Shown one piece after another: positions 1 through 13,650 of a stretch of DNA of 64,000 bases. The notes below the pieces were generated by a model. It worked only from the letters and a program-made list of their open reading frames with translations. It had not been told where the DNA came from and made no database searches. Location: contig NC_057711.1 in the NCBI RefSeq assembly GCF_004010195.1, positions 77,412,341-77,476,340 of the forward strand, read 5' to 3'. The translations under genes were made by a program, and so were the position numbers. This DNA is from Chiloscyllium plagiosum. Its lineage: Eukaryota. Each line of letters opens with the position of its first letter. Position 1 is the stretch's first letter.

Positions 1-307
1 TCCAGAACTAGAGGGCATAGGTTTAGGGTGAGTGGAGAAAGATATAAAAGAGAGCTAAAGGGCAACTTTTTCCACGCAGAGGGTGGTACGTGTATGGAAT
101 GAGCTGCCAGAAGATGTGGTGGAGGCTGGTACAATTGCAACATTTAAGAGGCATTTGGATGGGTATATGAATAGGAAGGGTTTGGAGGAATATGGGCCGG
201 GTGCTGGCAGGTGGCACTAGATTGGGCTGGGATAACTGGTTGGCATGGACGGGTTGGACCGAAGGGTCTGTTTCCATGCTGTACGTCTCAATGACTCTAT
301 GACTCTA
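1..307 (+). mobile_element. CR1 LINE 3' end (cut by window edge)
   Basis: CR1 ORF2 C-terminal/3' UTR sequence ending in the gactctat microsatellite tail (294-307); near-identical to other CR1 tails in the window. Confidence 0.85.
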
Positions 308-2804
308 AGTTAATCTGCATTTATTTCAATGCAAGAGGCTGAACAAGGAAGGCAGATGAACTTAGGCCATGGTTAGAAACATGGGACTGGGATATCATAG
401 CAATTACAGAAATGTGGCTCAGGGATGGACAGGGCTAGCAGCTTAATGATCCAGGATACAAATGCGACAGGAAGGATAGAAAGGGGGACAAGAGAGAAGG
501 GGGACAAGAGAGAAGGGGGAGTGGCATTTTTGTTAAGGGATAGCATTAAGGCTGCACTGTGAGAGGATATACCTGGGAACACAGTCCAGGGAAGTTATTT
601 GGGTGGAACTGAGAAATAAAAAAGGAATGATCACCTTATTGGGATTGTATTATAGACCCCAGTAGTCAGTGGAAATAGAGAAATAAAATTGTAAGGAAAC
701 CTCAGTTATCTTTAAGAATAATAGGGTGGTTATGAGAGGGGATTTTAACTTTCCAAATGTAGACTTGGACTGCCATAATGTTAAGGGTTCAGATGGAGAG
801 GAATTTGTTAAATTATCTGATTTCGTATGTGGATGTACCTACTAGAGAAGGTGGAAAACCTGACCTACTCTTGGAAATAAGGCAGGGCAGGTGACTGAGG
901 TGTCAGTGGGGGAGCACTTTGGGGCCAGCGACCATAGTTCTTCGTTTTAAAACGATAGACAGAATCTAAAAGTTAAAGTTCTAAATTTAAGGAAAGCCAA
1001 TTTTAATGGTGTTAGACAAGAACTTTCAAAAGTTGATTGGGGCAAATCATCACACAGAAAGGGATGACTGGAAAATGGAAAGCCTTCAGAAATTAGATAA
1101 CAAGAGAACAGAGACAGTATATTCCTGTTCGGGTGAAAGGCAAGGCTAGTAGGTATAGGGAATGCTGGATGACTCGAGGAATTGAGAAAAGGAAGGAAGC
1201 ATATATCAGATATAGACAGGAGAGATCAAGGGAATCCTTGGAAGAGGATAAAAACAGTAGGCATATACTTAAGAGGGAAATCAGGAGAGCAAAAAGGGGA
1301 CATGAGATAGCTTTGGCAATAGGGTTAGGGAAAATCCAAAGGGATTTTATAAATACATTAAGGACAAAAGGGTAACTAGGGAGAGAACATGACCCCTCAA
1401 AGATCAGCAAGGCAGCCTTTGTGTGGAATCAGGAGATGGGGGAGATACTAAACAAGTATTTTGCGTCAGTGTTTACTGTGGAGAAGGACATGGAAGATAT
1501 AAAATGTGGGGAGATAGATGGTGACATCTTGAAAAATGTCCATATTACAGAGGAGGAGGTGTTGGATGTCTTAAAATACATAAAGGAGGATAAATCCCCA
1601 GGACATGATCAGGTATACCCTAGAACTCTGGAGGAAGGTAGAGAAGTGATTGCTGGGCCCCTTGCTGAGACATTTGTATCCTTGTTAGTCACAGATGAGG
1701 TGCCTGAAGACTGGAGATGGCCACTATTTAAGAAAGATGTTAAGTAAAAGCCAAGGAACTATAGGACAGTGAGTCTGATTCTGGTGTGGAGCAAGTTTTT
1801 GGAGGGAATCCTAAGGAACAGGATTTACATGTATTTGGAAAGGCAAGGACTGATTAAGGACATGGGAAATCATGTCTCACGAATTTGATTGAGTTTTTTG
1901 AAGAAGTAACAAAGAGGATTGATGAGGGCAGAACAAAGGGCGTGAACTATATGGACTTCAGAAAGATGTTCGACAAGGTTCCTCATGGTAGACCGGTTAG
2001 CAACGTTAGCTTGCAAGGAATACAGGGATAACTAACCATTTAGATACAGAACTAGCTCAAAGGTAGAAGATAAAGGGTGGTGGTGGAGGGTTGCCTTTCA
2101 GATTGGAAACCTGTGACCAGTGGTGTGCCACAAGGATCAGTGCTGGGTTCACTGCTTTTCGTCATTTATATAAATGATTGGATGTGAACATAGGAGGCAT
2201 AGTTAATATGTTTGCAGATGAGACCAAAATTGGAGGTGTAGTGGACAGCAAAGAAAGTTACCTCAGATTACACAGAATCTTGATCAGATGGAGTGGGCTG
2301 AGAAGTGACAGATGGAGTTTAATTCAGATAAATGTGAGGTGCTGCATTTTGGAAAAGCAAATCAGAGCAGAACTTATACACTTAATGGTAAGGTCTTGGG
2401 GAATGTTGCTGGACAGAGAGACCTTGGAGTGCAGGTTCATAGCTCCTTGAAAGTGGAGTCTAAGGTAGATAGGATAGTGAAGAAGGTGTTTGGTATGCTT
2501 TCTTTTATTGTTCAGAACATTGAGTATAGGAGTAGGGAGATCATGTTGCGGCTGTACAGGATATTGGTTAGGCCACTGTTGGAATATTGTGTGCAATTCT
2601 GGTCTCCCTCTATCAGAAGGATGGTGTGAAATTGAAAGAGTTCAGAAAAGATTTACAAGAATGTTGTCAGGGTTGGAGAGCCTGACCTATAGGGAGAGGC
2701 TGAATAGGCTGGGGCTGTATTCCCTGGATCGTTGGAGGCTGAGGTGAGATGTTGTAGAGGTTTATAAAATCATGAGGAGCATGGATAGGGTGAGTAGACA
2801 AGGA

Positions 2805-3727
2805 GCTGAAAATGTGTTGCTGGAAAAGTGCAGCAGGTCAGGCAGCATCCAAGGAGCCGGAGAATCGACTTTTTGGGCATGAGCCCTTCTTCAGGAATGA
2901 GGAAAGTGTGCCAAGCAGGCTAAGATAAAAGGTAGGGAGGAGGGACTTGGGGGAGGGGCGTTGGAAATGTGATAGGTGGAAGGAGGTTCACCTCCTCCCA
3001 CCCTGCCCCCTGTAAAAACTCCATCCCATATTCCCAATTCCTTCGTCTCCGCCGCATCTGCTCCCAGGAGGACCAGTTCCAATACCGTACAACCCAGATG
3101 GCCTCCTTCTTCAAAGACTGCAATTTCCCCCCNNNNNNNNNNNNNNNNNNNNNNNNNNNNNNNNNNNNNNNNNNNNNNNNNNNNNNNNNNNNNNNNNNNN
3201 NNNNNNNNNNNNNNNNNNNNNNNNNNNNNNNNNNNNNNNNNNNNNNNNNNNNNNNNNNNNNNNNNNNNNNNNNNNNNNNNNNNNNNNNNNNNNNNNNNNN
3301 NNNNNNNNNNNNNNNNNNNNNNNNNNNNNNNNNNNNNNNNNNNNNNNNNNNNNNNNNNNNNNNNNNNNNNNNNNNNNNNNNNNNNNNNNNNNNNNNNNNN
3401 NNNNNNNNNNNNNNNNNNNNNNNNNNNNNNNNNNNNNNNNNNNNNNNNNNNNNNNNNNNNNNNNNNNNNNNNNNNNNNNNNNNNNNNNNNNNNNNNNNNN
3501 NNNNNNNNNNNNNNNNNNNNNNNNNNNNNNNNNNNNNNNNNNNNNNNNNNNNNNNNNNNNNNNNNNNNNNNNNNNNNNNNNNNNNNNNNNNNNNNGCTGC
3601 TGAAAATGAAGGACTCATGCCCAAAATGTCGATTCTCCTGCTCCTTGGATGCTGCCTGACCTGCTGCGCTTTTCCAGCAACACATTTTCAGCTCTGATCT
3701 CCAGCATCTGCAGTCCTCACTTTCTCC
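2805..3727. mobile_element. Penelope-like element (PLE), inverted pseudo-LTR architecture, 14-bp TSD
   Basis: TSD tgagtagacaagga at 2791-2804 and 3728-3741; ends are inverted copies (2805-2893 vs ~3610-3692); internal PLE RT thumb motif KNSIPYSQFLRLRRICS (+, from ~3014). Confidence 0.88.
3133..3595. other. Assembly gap (N run)
   Basis: Run of N bases. Confidence 1.
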
Positions 3728-5200
3728 TGAGTAGACAAGGACCTTTCCTTGAGGTGGGGAGTCCAGAACTAGAGTGCATAGGTTTAGGGTGAGGGGGAAA
3801 AATTTAAAAGAGACTTAAGGGGCAACTTTTTCAGGGAGAGGTGGTGTGTGTGTGTGGAATGAGCTACCAGAGGAAGTGGTGGAGGCTGGTACAACTGCAA
3901 TATTTAAAAGGCATCTAGATGGGTAGATGAATAGGAAAAATTTAGAGGAATATAGGCCAAGTGCTGGCAAATAGGTCCTGATTGGGTTAAGGTATTTGTT
4001 TGACATGGATGAGTTGGAGCGAAGTATTTGTTTCTATTCTGTACATTTCTATGACGCTGTGATTCTCAGTCATCATGTTAGTCACTGCACATAATACCCC
4101 ATCCCTTTCCAAAATGGCTGTTTGGTTGAAAGAACATGGAGTGTGTTTGCCACACAAGTAGCTGTAGGTGTTAGAGTGATGTCTTAATGTCCTGTATGGT
4201 GAGTTGACTCCCCGTGAATTGATCCTATGGACAATCATGAAAGGTAACCAGTTTGGCTGTGCAGAAGATTATTTCAATTCTAACAGCCTTTAGGCACTTG
4301 CTGAAACAGGCATGGAAAGGCAAAATAAGACATGGATACTGCAAGCATGTGGGTAAATGCTCAGTGAGTGACCCCTGAGAGAGAAAGCAAGCTGCACTAA
4401 GATGCAGCCTGGTCCAATCCGTGCATTGCATGCTGGTCTCAACTTTCTAAACATCCGACAAGTGAATGAATAAGGTATCATCAGGACCTTGAGAGATTGA
4501 ATGCCAATGTCTGTGTACAAGGGGCATATGTGGCTGGTGCTCATGGATTGTGCCCTGAGATACTGTTGTGTAGTGACCAACATAGAGGCTCTTTATAACA
4601 AGCAGCGAGCTGAAGTTGTCACTTTGACATACATGTCAAGAATTCTTGGCATCCAGTTTGCTTTGGCAGGTAGTAGGATAGAACGCTGCATATTATTGAA
4701 GCAAAGTGTGCAGTTAATAAAATCATTAACAAGCAATAACACCCCTGAATAAGGCAATATACCACTGTCTAAAAAGAATCTTGCCTCGACGCCCAGAAAC
4801 TGGGTAAAAGATGCAGCAAGTAGTTCCGAACATCGAGATAGGTGTCATGGGCTTCACACATGATTCTGCCATGTTTTTCACCATGTGAAATGTGATCAAA
4901 ATGGACTTGTGTAAAATATGATTAATATGAAACTCATTGTGTGTTTAATCTGATTATTGTTGATATGACATTGAAATTGTGTTAAGAACTTTTGGATAGT
5001 GTTCTGAAGCACTCAGGTAATGATATTCCCAGAGTCATCACAAAGGTTAAAACACTTTATAAGTGTAAGCAAAGTTCCCCAATTTATCTGCGTTTTACAC
5101 CCAGTTTGACAATTCAAATCAGGCTTCTGTAATTCCTATTTACTATTCATTACAAATGAATATATCTTGCTACAACTAAACAATTATGAACATTTATAAT

Positions 5201-5544
5201 ATCATAGAATCCCTATAGTGTGGAAATAGGCCATTTGGCAAACAAGTCCATACCCACCCTCCAAAGAGTATCCCACCCAGACCCATTCCCCTACCCTATA
5301 CTCTACATTTCCCCTAACTACTGCACTCAACCTACACATCCCTGAATACTATGGGCAATTTAGCATGGCCAATTCATCTAACCTGCACATCTTTGGACAG
5401 CGGGAGGAAACCGGAGCACCTGTAGGAAACCCACGTAGACATGGGGGAATGTGCTAACTCCACACAGACAGTCACATGAGGCTGGAATCAAATCCGGGTC
5501 ACTGTGAGGTAGCAGTGCTAACCATTGAGCCACTGTGCCACCCC
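5201..5544 (-). mobile_element. HE1-type (V-SINE) tRNA-derived SINE
   Basis: Reverse complement gives tRNA head ggcacagtggctcaatggttagcactgct, V-core gtgggtttcctacaggtgctccggtttcctccc and a CR1-like tail. Confidence 0.85.
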
Positions 5545-6579
5545 AAAATTATATAAAGTAAGAACTCTAATCTCATTATAAAATTCACCCTATTACCACA
5601 TGCAGACTCTATCAGATACAAAAAAATGGGTCTGATGAGCTAAGGAAAAGATGGGGAAGGCAGGTCAATGGTCCCTATCCACAGAGTTCATTGAGATGAG
5701 ATTTATGGTTTGTCAAGACTTACTGATCCTCAATCTTCCTTGCTCAGGTACCTTGTTTACTTGAAGGAGGTGTAGACTAACTGTGTCATACTTTTATAGT
5801 TTTATCTCCATTATCAGCTAAAATCCACAGCATACTGCAACTGGTGAGTGGAAGTAAACTGGCTATCTTCAGGCTTGATGTGTTTTTTACTGTAGCAGAA
5901 AGGGAAGTATTTTCCTTTATGGAGATCCAATGGCTTGTAACTAAATATTCACACCCACAAGGTATCCGGCTATCTGGGAGCCAATCACATAGTTGTTTGC
6001 AGGCAGAAGACCTTTAACATTGACAACGGGTCACCATTCTGCAGACCAATCATCTGTTTGTTACCAGCAGAATCTGCTTTCGTACACAGCCCCTGGCTCC
6101 AGCTCATTCATAGTAATCTTCATCACGAATTGAATAGAGAGCAGTTTAAACAGCACCCTACAATGAGTGTTTTCTTCTTTAAAAATGTCATAATCCTTTC
6201 TACAATCCTTGGTTTTTTTAAAATAAATATATTTATTGAAAAGATAAAGGTTTTTGAGGTTTTTTTTACAAAACTAATACAAACTAGTGTAACCACTTCA
6301 CATATAATAACAGCATTGATATAAATTAAGAAAACTAACTACTAATCTACTCTACAGACTACCAAAACACAAGGAAGATATAAGAAAGAAGACTATATAT
6401 ATATATATATATATTAAAAACTACAGTATAGTACATAACTAACAACCAAAAAAGGAAAGAAAAGGTTAATAAATAAATAAGTATCCAAAATAAAATTATA
6501 TCAAGTCATAACAAGATCCGTATTTATATGGGATTCTCCCTCCCAGGGACCCCCGAACCGACAAACATCATCCTCATGG

Positions 6580-9500
6580 CTAAACAAAGGCCCTAGTCAG
6601 TATGACCTATACATCTGCATTGGTGTAGCTCAAGAAGGGCCGCCAAGTTCTATAAAACATTCCGTTTTTTGGTGCACCATATTTGTAAGGAAGTTTAGAG
6701 GGATATATTCCATAACTATCCTATGCCAATTCGCATGTCCTGGGGGATTTTCCGATACTCAGCTTGCTAAAATGTTTTTCCTCACACAAAAGGATAGGAT
6801 AGTAAACAGTTTCTTCCCGTATGCATCTAGAGAAGGAAGATTTGGAAAGCCCAAAAGGAGAGACACCAGGTCCAATCTAATCTCAGTTCCCAAAATCTTT
6901 GCCAAGGCATTTGCTACACTGTCCCAGTATCTACGAATCTTATGGCATGTCCACAAAAAATGAGTGAGAATACCAACTATTATTTTACATTTAGGACACA
7001 TTGGGGATGCTCCTGCCTTAAACTTAGCAAGCCGCTCTGGTGCTATATGGGCCCTATGAAGTATCTTCAATTGAATAGCTTAAGTCCTATTACAGATAGA
7101 GATCTTGCTGGCATTTTCCCAGATATCCTCCCACATCTCTAAGGAGATTTCCATCCCTGATTCTTGAATCCAGGTTTTATATCGCCATTCCGTGTTTTTC
7201 GATACCTTATTACCGAGCGAGTGATAGAGAGTACTTACCAAGGGTGCACCCATTAGCCGAAGCACTCTCCTTTCCATATCCGAGGATTGGTCATCAATGT
7301 GGTCTTTTTTTGTACGAAGTCTTGAATTTGACAATATCGAAAGAGATCCTTGCCAGGCAACCTGAACTTCTGACACAACTGTTCGAAGGATATCATGACC
7401 TCCCCATTGAACAGATCTCCCAAGCAGGAGATTCCTCTGGACTCCCAAATTTTAAATCCAGCGTCTGTTAAATCTGGCTGAAATCCCAATGTTCCCACTA
7501 TAGGACAAAAGGGGAGGTTTTTCGTAAATTACCCTCACCCTGTTGTATCATCCTCCAAGCTTTGATTGTGTTTAGTACAATCGGGTTTTTACAATGATCC
7601 ATGACAACTCTTATCTTATCCATAAATAATAGATTGATGAGGGGCCATTTTGCATGGGAAGCCTCAATATTCAGCCAAATTGATTGTGGATCACAAGACA
7701 CCCAATCAGCCACATATGATAGCAGGGAACTCAGTTGGTACTTCCTAAAATCTGGAAAATCCAGACCTCCCCTTACTTGTGGAAGCTGCAACCAATCTAA
7801 TTTAATGAAGGGCCATCTTTGATTCCAAATAAAAGGACCAAGCCAACCATAAAGCTTACGTAGCGTCTGTCTCAGCAACATCAAAAGAAGCATACTCATT
7901 GGATATAATAGGCAAGGGAGAATATTCATATTGACCAAAGCTACTCTTCCTAACCAGGATATCAGGAGATCTTCCCAACGTTGGAGGTCCTGCCTTATTT
8001 TCTCTAATAAATGCGTATAATTAGCTTTATATAGCTGACCAAATACCAGGGTAATGAAAATACCTAAATAGAGAAAACCTCCCAGTAACCACCAAAAGGG
8101 GAAGTGGGATCCATCCGCAAAGTTGGATATGCTGGTAAGACTTCCTAGCTGTATGGCCTCTGATTTTGTGAAATTAATTTTGTACCCTGAAAACATACCA
8201 AGTAAATTAACCACTTGAATTAAATGGGGCACAGATATCAATGGATCATTTAAGACAAGAAGGATTTCATCCTCAAAAAGATTAATTTTATGTTTGCCTG
8301 ATCCTACCTCTGGGGCAGTTATATTGGGGTCAGTTCGGATAGCTTCTGCCAGTGGTTCGATCACTAATGTAAATAGTAGTGGCGAGAGAAGGCATCCTTG
8401 ACAACAACCTCTGCCAACACTAAAACTATCCAATCTTATGCCATTGGTAATCACCGCTGCTTTCGGGTCATTACATAACCTTGCGACCCATTTGGTAAAA
8501 ACCTCTCCAATGACAAACAGTTCCATAGTATTAAAAACTTATGGCCAAGCCACCCAGTCGAATGCTTTCTCTGCATCTAGGAAAATGACTAATCCCGGTA
8601 TCGTTCTTTGCTGGCAGACTTGTACCATATTTAACAATCTTCTGATATTATTAGTAGATCTGCGACCCTTAATAAACCCCGTCTGATCCTCTTTTATAAT
8701 AAATGATAATACCCTCTCCAGTCTTAATGGCAGCGTTTTTGAGAGGATTTTAAAGTCCACTTTCAATAAGGATATAGGTTTGTACAAAATACAGTCATCT
8801 GGGGCATTTTCTTTCTTAAGAATAAGAGAGATATTTGCTTCTCTCAGAGAGTGCGGGAAACTACCCTGACTATATGAGTAGTTATACATATCTATAAGTG
8901 GTCCGGCCAATTCATCTATAAACTCTTTATAGAACTCAACCTGAAAACCATCTGGTCCAGGCGCTTTACCACTCTGGAGCTGCCTCACCGCTTCCTGCAC
9001 TTCTTGAGTTGTCAGGGGGGCATTCAAGAGAGACACCTGCTCCGAGGTTACGCCTGGAAGGACCAGATTCTTAAAAAAAGACTCCATCTTTCTTGCTCTA
9101 TCCTCACAGCCCTCTGACTGATACAGTTCAAAATAGAACTTTCTAAAAGCTGCATTGATCTTTTTAGAATCACAAGTCAAAGTACCAGCACCTTCTCTAA
9201 TAGATGTAATAGATTCGGAGCCTTTTTCTTTCTGGCAAGGTCTGCTAGATACCTGCCCGGCTTATCACCGTACTCAAAATAATCTCTGCTTTGTGAATAG
9301 TATCTTCCACTTTGCTGTTTGAGTAAGTGCAGAATTCATAGTAGCCCTGAGGGCTGTAATCCTCTGTAATTTAGTAATGGACAGCCTATCAACGTACCCT
9401 GATTCAGCTGACTTCAGGCGAGCCTCAAGCAGATGCTGTTGTTCTCCCTTCTGTCTTTTCCGGGTCACACAATATGAGATAATCAAACCACGCGCACATG

Positions 9501-10374
9501 CCTTAGCAGTCTCCCACATCACCGAAGGGTTACTGTCTGTACTGAGTTAACATCCCAGAAAACTTTAAATTCCTGCGAGAAGTATTCTATGAACTTACTA
9601 TCCTTCAATAGGAAAGGGTCCATACGCCATTGTCGGGAGGCCATCTTATCACCAATAGTCTTGACCTCCATCTACACTGGTGCGTGGTCGGAAATAGCTA
9701 TATTCCCTATTTTACAGGACAATATCAAATTCAGAAAGGTCGAAGTGACAAAAAAAAATCAATTCTGGTGTGGCACTTGTGTGGGTTAGAATAAAAAGTA
9801 AAGTCTCTGCTCTCAGAGTGAAGACACCTCCACATCTACCAATCCCAACTCCGTATTCAGATCAGCCAACTGCCCAGGTCTCAGAGATATACATGCAGAG
9901 CTCCTAGGTATCCTGTCCAACTCGGGATCGATAATACAATTAAAATCTCCTCCTATAATTATGTGACACACCCCAAGGGATCAACCTGAAGAGCGCATCT
10001 GTTACGAATTTAAAAGGATGTGCCGGGGGGGCAATTTACTTTCAAAATTTCATATTCCTCTCCATATATTAGAGCCTTATGTATTATAACCGTTCAGACT
10101 CATCTTTTATCTGGCTTAACATTTGGAATGGAAGATTCTTTCAGATAAGAATGGACACTCCCCTACTTTTCGAATTGAAAGATGAAAAGAACACCTGACC
10201 AAATCCTCCCTGCTGCAGCTTCAAATGCTCCTTATCATTTAGATGTGTCTCCTGTAAAAAGGGCAACATCAACCCACTCTTTTTTTTAAGACTTGATAGT
10301 ATCTTTTTCCTCTTAACTTGAGAGTGGCTCCCATTAACATTCCGGGTGCACCATTTAAATGAATGGCCAGCCAT
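6580..10374 (-). pseudogene. L1 ORF2 (APE endonuclease, reverse transcriptase, CCHC knuckle), disrupted
   Basis: ORF-track fragments: NVNG...FLQETHL (EN), KAPGPDGF, YKPISLL, DQTGFIKGR, LDAEKAFD, QGCLLSPLLF, degenerate catalytic motif LFEDEIL, CPKC...HFLWTC; several stops and frameshifts. Confidence 0.9.
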
Positions 10375-10929
10375 GATCGTTCAAGAAAGTCCGAGACCCC
10401 GCAGGAGGAAGAATCCCACCCAAAAAACATTGAGTCGAGACTATAAACAATTGACATAAATTTAAAAATACAACTTTTGAAACAACTAAATCAAAACTAC
10501 TAAAATCTACTCCAAAGAAATAACATAAAACATAATCAAAAGGAGATTTTCCCCCTTGACCACAGGGGCACTCCTACCATCCAATAATCCCACGATAACT
10601 CCTTCCAGCTAGAGCCATGCCCTCGGCCCAGACATCGCAAAGTAAGATAAATAAATACCAATGTCTTATAACACAAAAATTAAAAGTGGGCAACCAACCC
10701 GCACCCTTCATGTTATAACCCTAGGCATTCTTGACAAAGCAGCAACATGAAATAAAATATATAAAATTACAATCCCAGCAAATATTAAAAGAAAACTCAA
10801 AAACACCCTCCAACAACCAGACAAACAAAGCAAGTTAACCATAAGAGTTAAAAGAAAAAACACTCCCTGAATGAAAGATGAAAAAGAGAAAAGGGGAAGG
10901 AGAAGGAAAAAAAGGAGTAAAATAAAGTC

Positions 10930-11555
10930 ATTGTACATATAGTTCAAGTCCTTTAGTCTGTTTGAGAGCATCCAAAAATTATTTTGCTTTTGCCGGCGAT
11001 CTGAAGTTATACATAGACCCTCCGTGACCGAAGCGCAGCGTTGCTGGGTATCTCATGGAATACTGAATATTTAAATCCCTCAGATGCTTCTTTACCTCAT
11101 CAAATGCCTTCCTCTTGCATACCCAGGCCTGCGCACAGTAACCCGGTGGGCCCGCTCAACCCACACCTAGCCTATTCTTCCAACGACCTCGATTTTCAAG
11201 GTCATCGATCTGCTCTTCCAAGGCCCAGACTCGGTGTTCCAGAGCCCGGACCTGACCCACAAAAGATTCAGCAGCGGTCTTGGAGGCCGTGGTTCATTGC
11301 TCTGCCCCTCCAACACTCTGCCTGAGTTTCTCGATCTCCCGGTCATGCTTCTGCAGCACGACCAAGATTGACTCCCACCAGGACTGGGTCTCCTCAATTG
11401 AAGTGTCAATCTTCTCTCGGAGCTTGACAGACGACAAGATCAGGCTCGCCTCTGTGGGTACATCCCCCGGGGTGGCCATGGACTCATCTTTTGCTGCGGG
11501 GGGTGGGAGGGGTCCCTGCCTGTTGCGAACTCCATGATCCTTTACCTTTAGTCAT
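10930..11555 (-). pseudogene. L1 ORF1 remnant (coiled coil + DDLENRGR motif), internally deleted
   Basis: ATG at 11555 gives MTKGKG...; coiled-coil-like HDREIEKLRQSVGGAEQ; IDDLENRGRWKN resembles the L1 ORF1 LENRSRRNN motif; too short for a complete RRM. Confidence 0.75.
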
Positions 11556-12079
11556 TTTAGAATGTACCAGACTGCTAAAGTTTGGTGCAAAATGGCTATG
11601 ACAGCTTTTTAATAGTTTAAAAGGAGGGTAGGTACCCCACTTTGTCTGGGTCCTGGGCAGAAATCAGCAGACTCAGATCTACTGTGTTGCCGCCATCTTG
11701 AACTCCCCTCCTTGGTTTTTAAAACAAGTTATTTTTCTTTTTCAGTCTACAATCAAAAATACAGAAAATAAAAAGATACAGGTTTTATAACTGACAATGA
11801 AAGTCTGTGCCGAAGGATAACTTCCATTTTTTTCTTTGGAAGAATGTGTAATCAAAAGCGCAAGAATAGATCTTTTTTATTTTTGGAATTCAGATTGTTT
11901 TATAAAGAGGATATGTAAACTTAGGTTAGTGCTGTGAAGATTGTTTTTAAGCTTCAAAGTCATTCTGAAATAGTGATCTAAAGTGTCAGTTCTAAAATTG
12001 CTATGACTGCCATTACAGCTTGGATGAACACCCAGAGTGTTAATGGAATAAGATGTTTGTATTTTGGGGTTTATATTCG

Positions 12080-12172
12080 AAAAGTGTGGTGCTAGAAAAG
12101 CACAGCAGGTTAGGCAACATCCAAGGAGTAGGAGAATTGATGTTTCGGGCATAAGCCCTTCATCTGGAATGT
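12080..12172 (-). mobile_element. PLE pseudo-LTR fragment
   Basis: Similar to 2808-2897; degenerate hammerhead-like cagatgaagggcttatgcccgaaacatc on the minus strand. Confidence 0.75.
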
Positions 12173-13444
12173 GGGTTTATGACAGGCAGTGTAAACATGC
12201 TAGAAGATAGTTTTATTTGCAGTTCAGATTAGAAAACAGCAGATTTGAAGTTGAGAAGAATCAAGACTTGTGTTCAGATGTAATTTTTATTTTCTTGTCT
12301 GGCAGTTTTTATTGTCAGTTCACTTCACAGGAAACCAGTCAGTGCAACAGCAGTGTTTGTTATACTTTGTGAAATTTCCAAGCCAGGAGAGTTTTGAATA
12401 GAAACCTTCAGGTTGTTAGGGTTTATCCCATAAGAATTATGAAAGGTTCATCAATCAGACTCTCAGAGAAATCTTAAAATTGTCTCTACAGTTCAAGGAA
12501 GGGAAACCAGAACATGCCAGTAAAAGCTCAAAAGTTAAGGTATGATTATAATTTTGTTTAGAAGCAAGAGGCAAGATGATAGACTCTGAATAGGCCATAA
12601 TAGACTGCATCCAAAGTCATTGGACTTGCACCCTCAGTGGATGGCAGTCCCATTCTCTGGAACTGCCAGCTATTCAGCTCCAGCACACTGGGCAGTGCCA
12701 TAGCTCCATAGTCAGGATGAAGGTTCCTTACATACCAGGGCACAGGTAAAAATGGAGGATTGGACAGGGTGGTTCTTAGGGAGAGAAATCAGGGGTGGAG
12801 GGTATCTTTACACGTCTGTGCAGGGTGGAAGGATGTGGAGGTAATTATCTTCTGAGCTGATACAGCAGTCTGAACAGAGCATGCTCTGGAGTTAATAACC
12901 CGCTTCCTTACCAGATTTTTACAAACTTGCAAAATAAAAGGGACCAACCATTATTGTGCTGTAGATTTTTTAATCAACCTGTTCAGAATGTTACGGAAAC
13001 TCTGGAACAAGTGGGACTTGAACCTACCACTGCACCATAAGAGCCTTCTGTTATGCTGTAGGCAAAGCAATATTAGGGTTAATTGAGCTTTGATAAACTG
13101 GAAAAATTCTTAATTATTTACTTATATATGATGGGTAGACTGCTGATTTTGGCTGAGCTCAGAGTTGGGTGGAAAGGTGGTAGGCTGGTCTTATTTTATA
13201 TGGCTCCATGTCCTATTCCAAACACACACAGTGGAAAATGTGTTGTGTCGCATGATGTTCTATTCTGGGATCACTTCTCTTGTCTACATAAATCAACAAT
13301 TTAGATATAGGGCTCAAGGGAAGCATGTTTAAATTTTATAGATGGCATTAAGTTGGAAGTAACAAAAATAATTAGTTAAGATCAAAGAAGGTTGCAAGGA
13401 TATACTGTTAAGATTTGGTGGTTCATTTTTTAAAAAGAGAACAT

Positions 13445-13650
13445 CAGAATTCTAAACTAACACCAGAAAGTAATGGAGAAACTCACCAGGTCTGGCAGCG
13501 TCTGTGTAGAGAGAAACAAAGTTAGCACTTAGAGTCCAATATGACATTGATTCAGAACTGAAGAATGATGCTAACAGACTTGCTGAGTTTCTCCAGCACT
13601 TTTTTGCTTCATTTCAAATCTCCAGCATGGAAAGTGTCTTGCTTTTATTT
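13445..13650. mobile_element. Short fold-back PLE-derived element
   Basis: ggagaaactcaccaggtctggcagc on the left and its inverted counterpart gctaacagacttgctgagtttctcc on the right; same family as 46185-46395. Confidence 0.55.

Larger units (their letters stand above)
308..4065 (+). mobile_element. CR1 LINE ORF2 (endonuclease + RT), frameshifted, interrupted by a Penelope-like insertion
   Basis: ORF fragments ILNKYFASVFT, KSPGHDQVYP, MFADETKIGG, FNSDKCEVLHFG, LVRPLLEYCVQFWSP, ERVQKRFTRM; 3' tail near 4050-4065. Confidence 0.9.
6218..11708 (-). mobile_element. Full-length, decayed L1-clade LINE with TSD
   Basis: TSD tccttggttttt at 6206-6217 and 11709-11720; 5' end ggggagttcaagatggcggc; ORF1, spacer, ORF2, T-rich 3' UTR, AATAAA and short A tail on the minus strand. 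Confidence 0.92.

Noticed and set aside
2891..3697. Long ORFs of 227-264 aa in the ORF track
   Set aside because: They are open only because they span the N gap; the real sequence is PLE.
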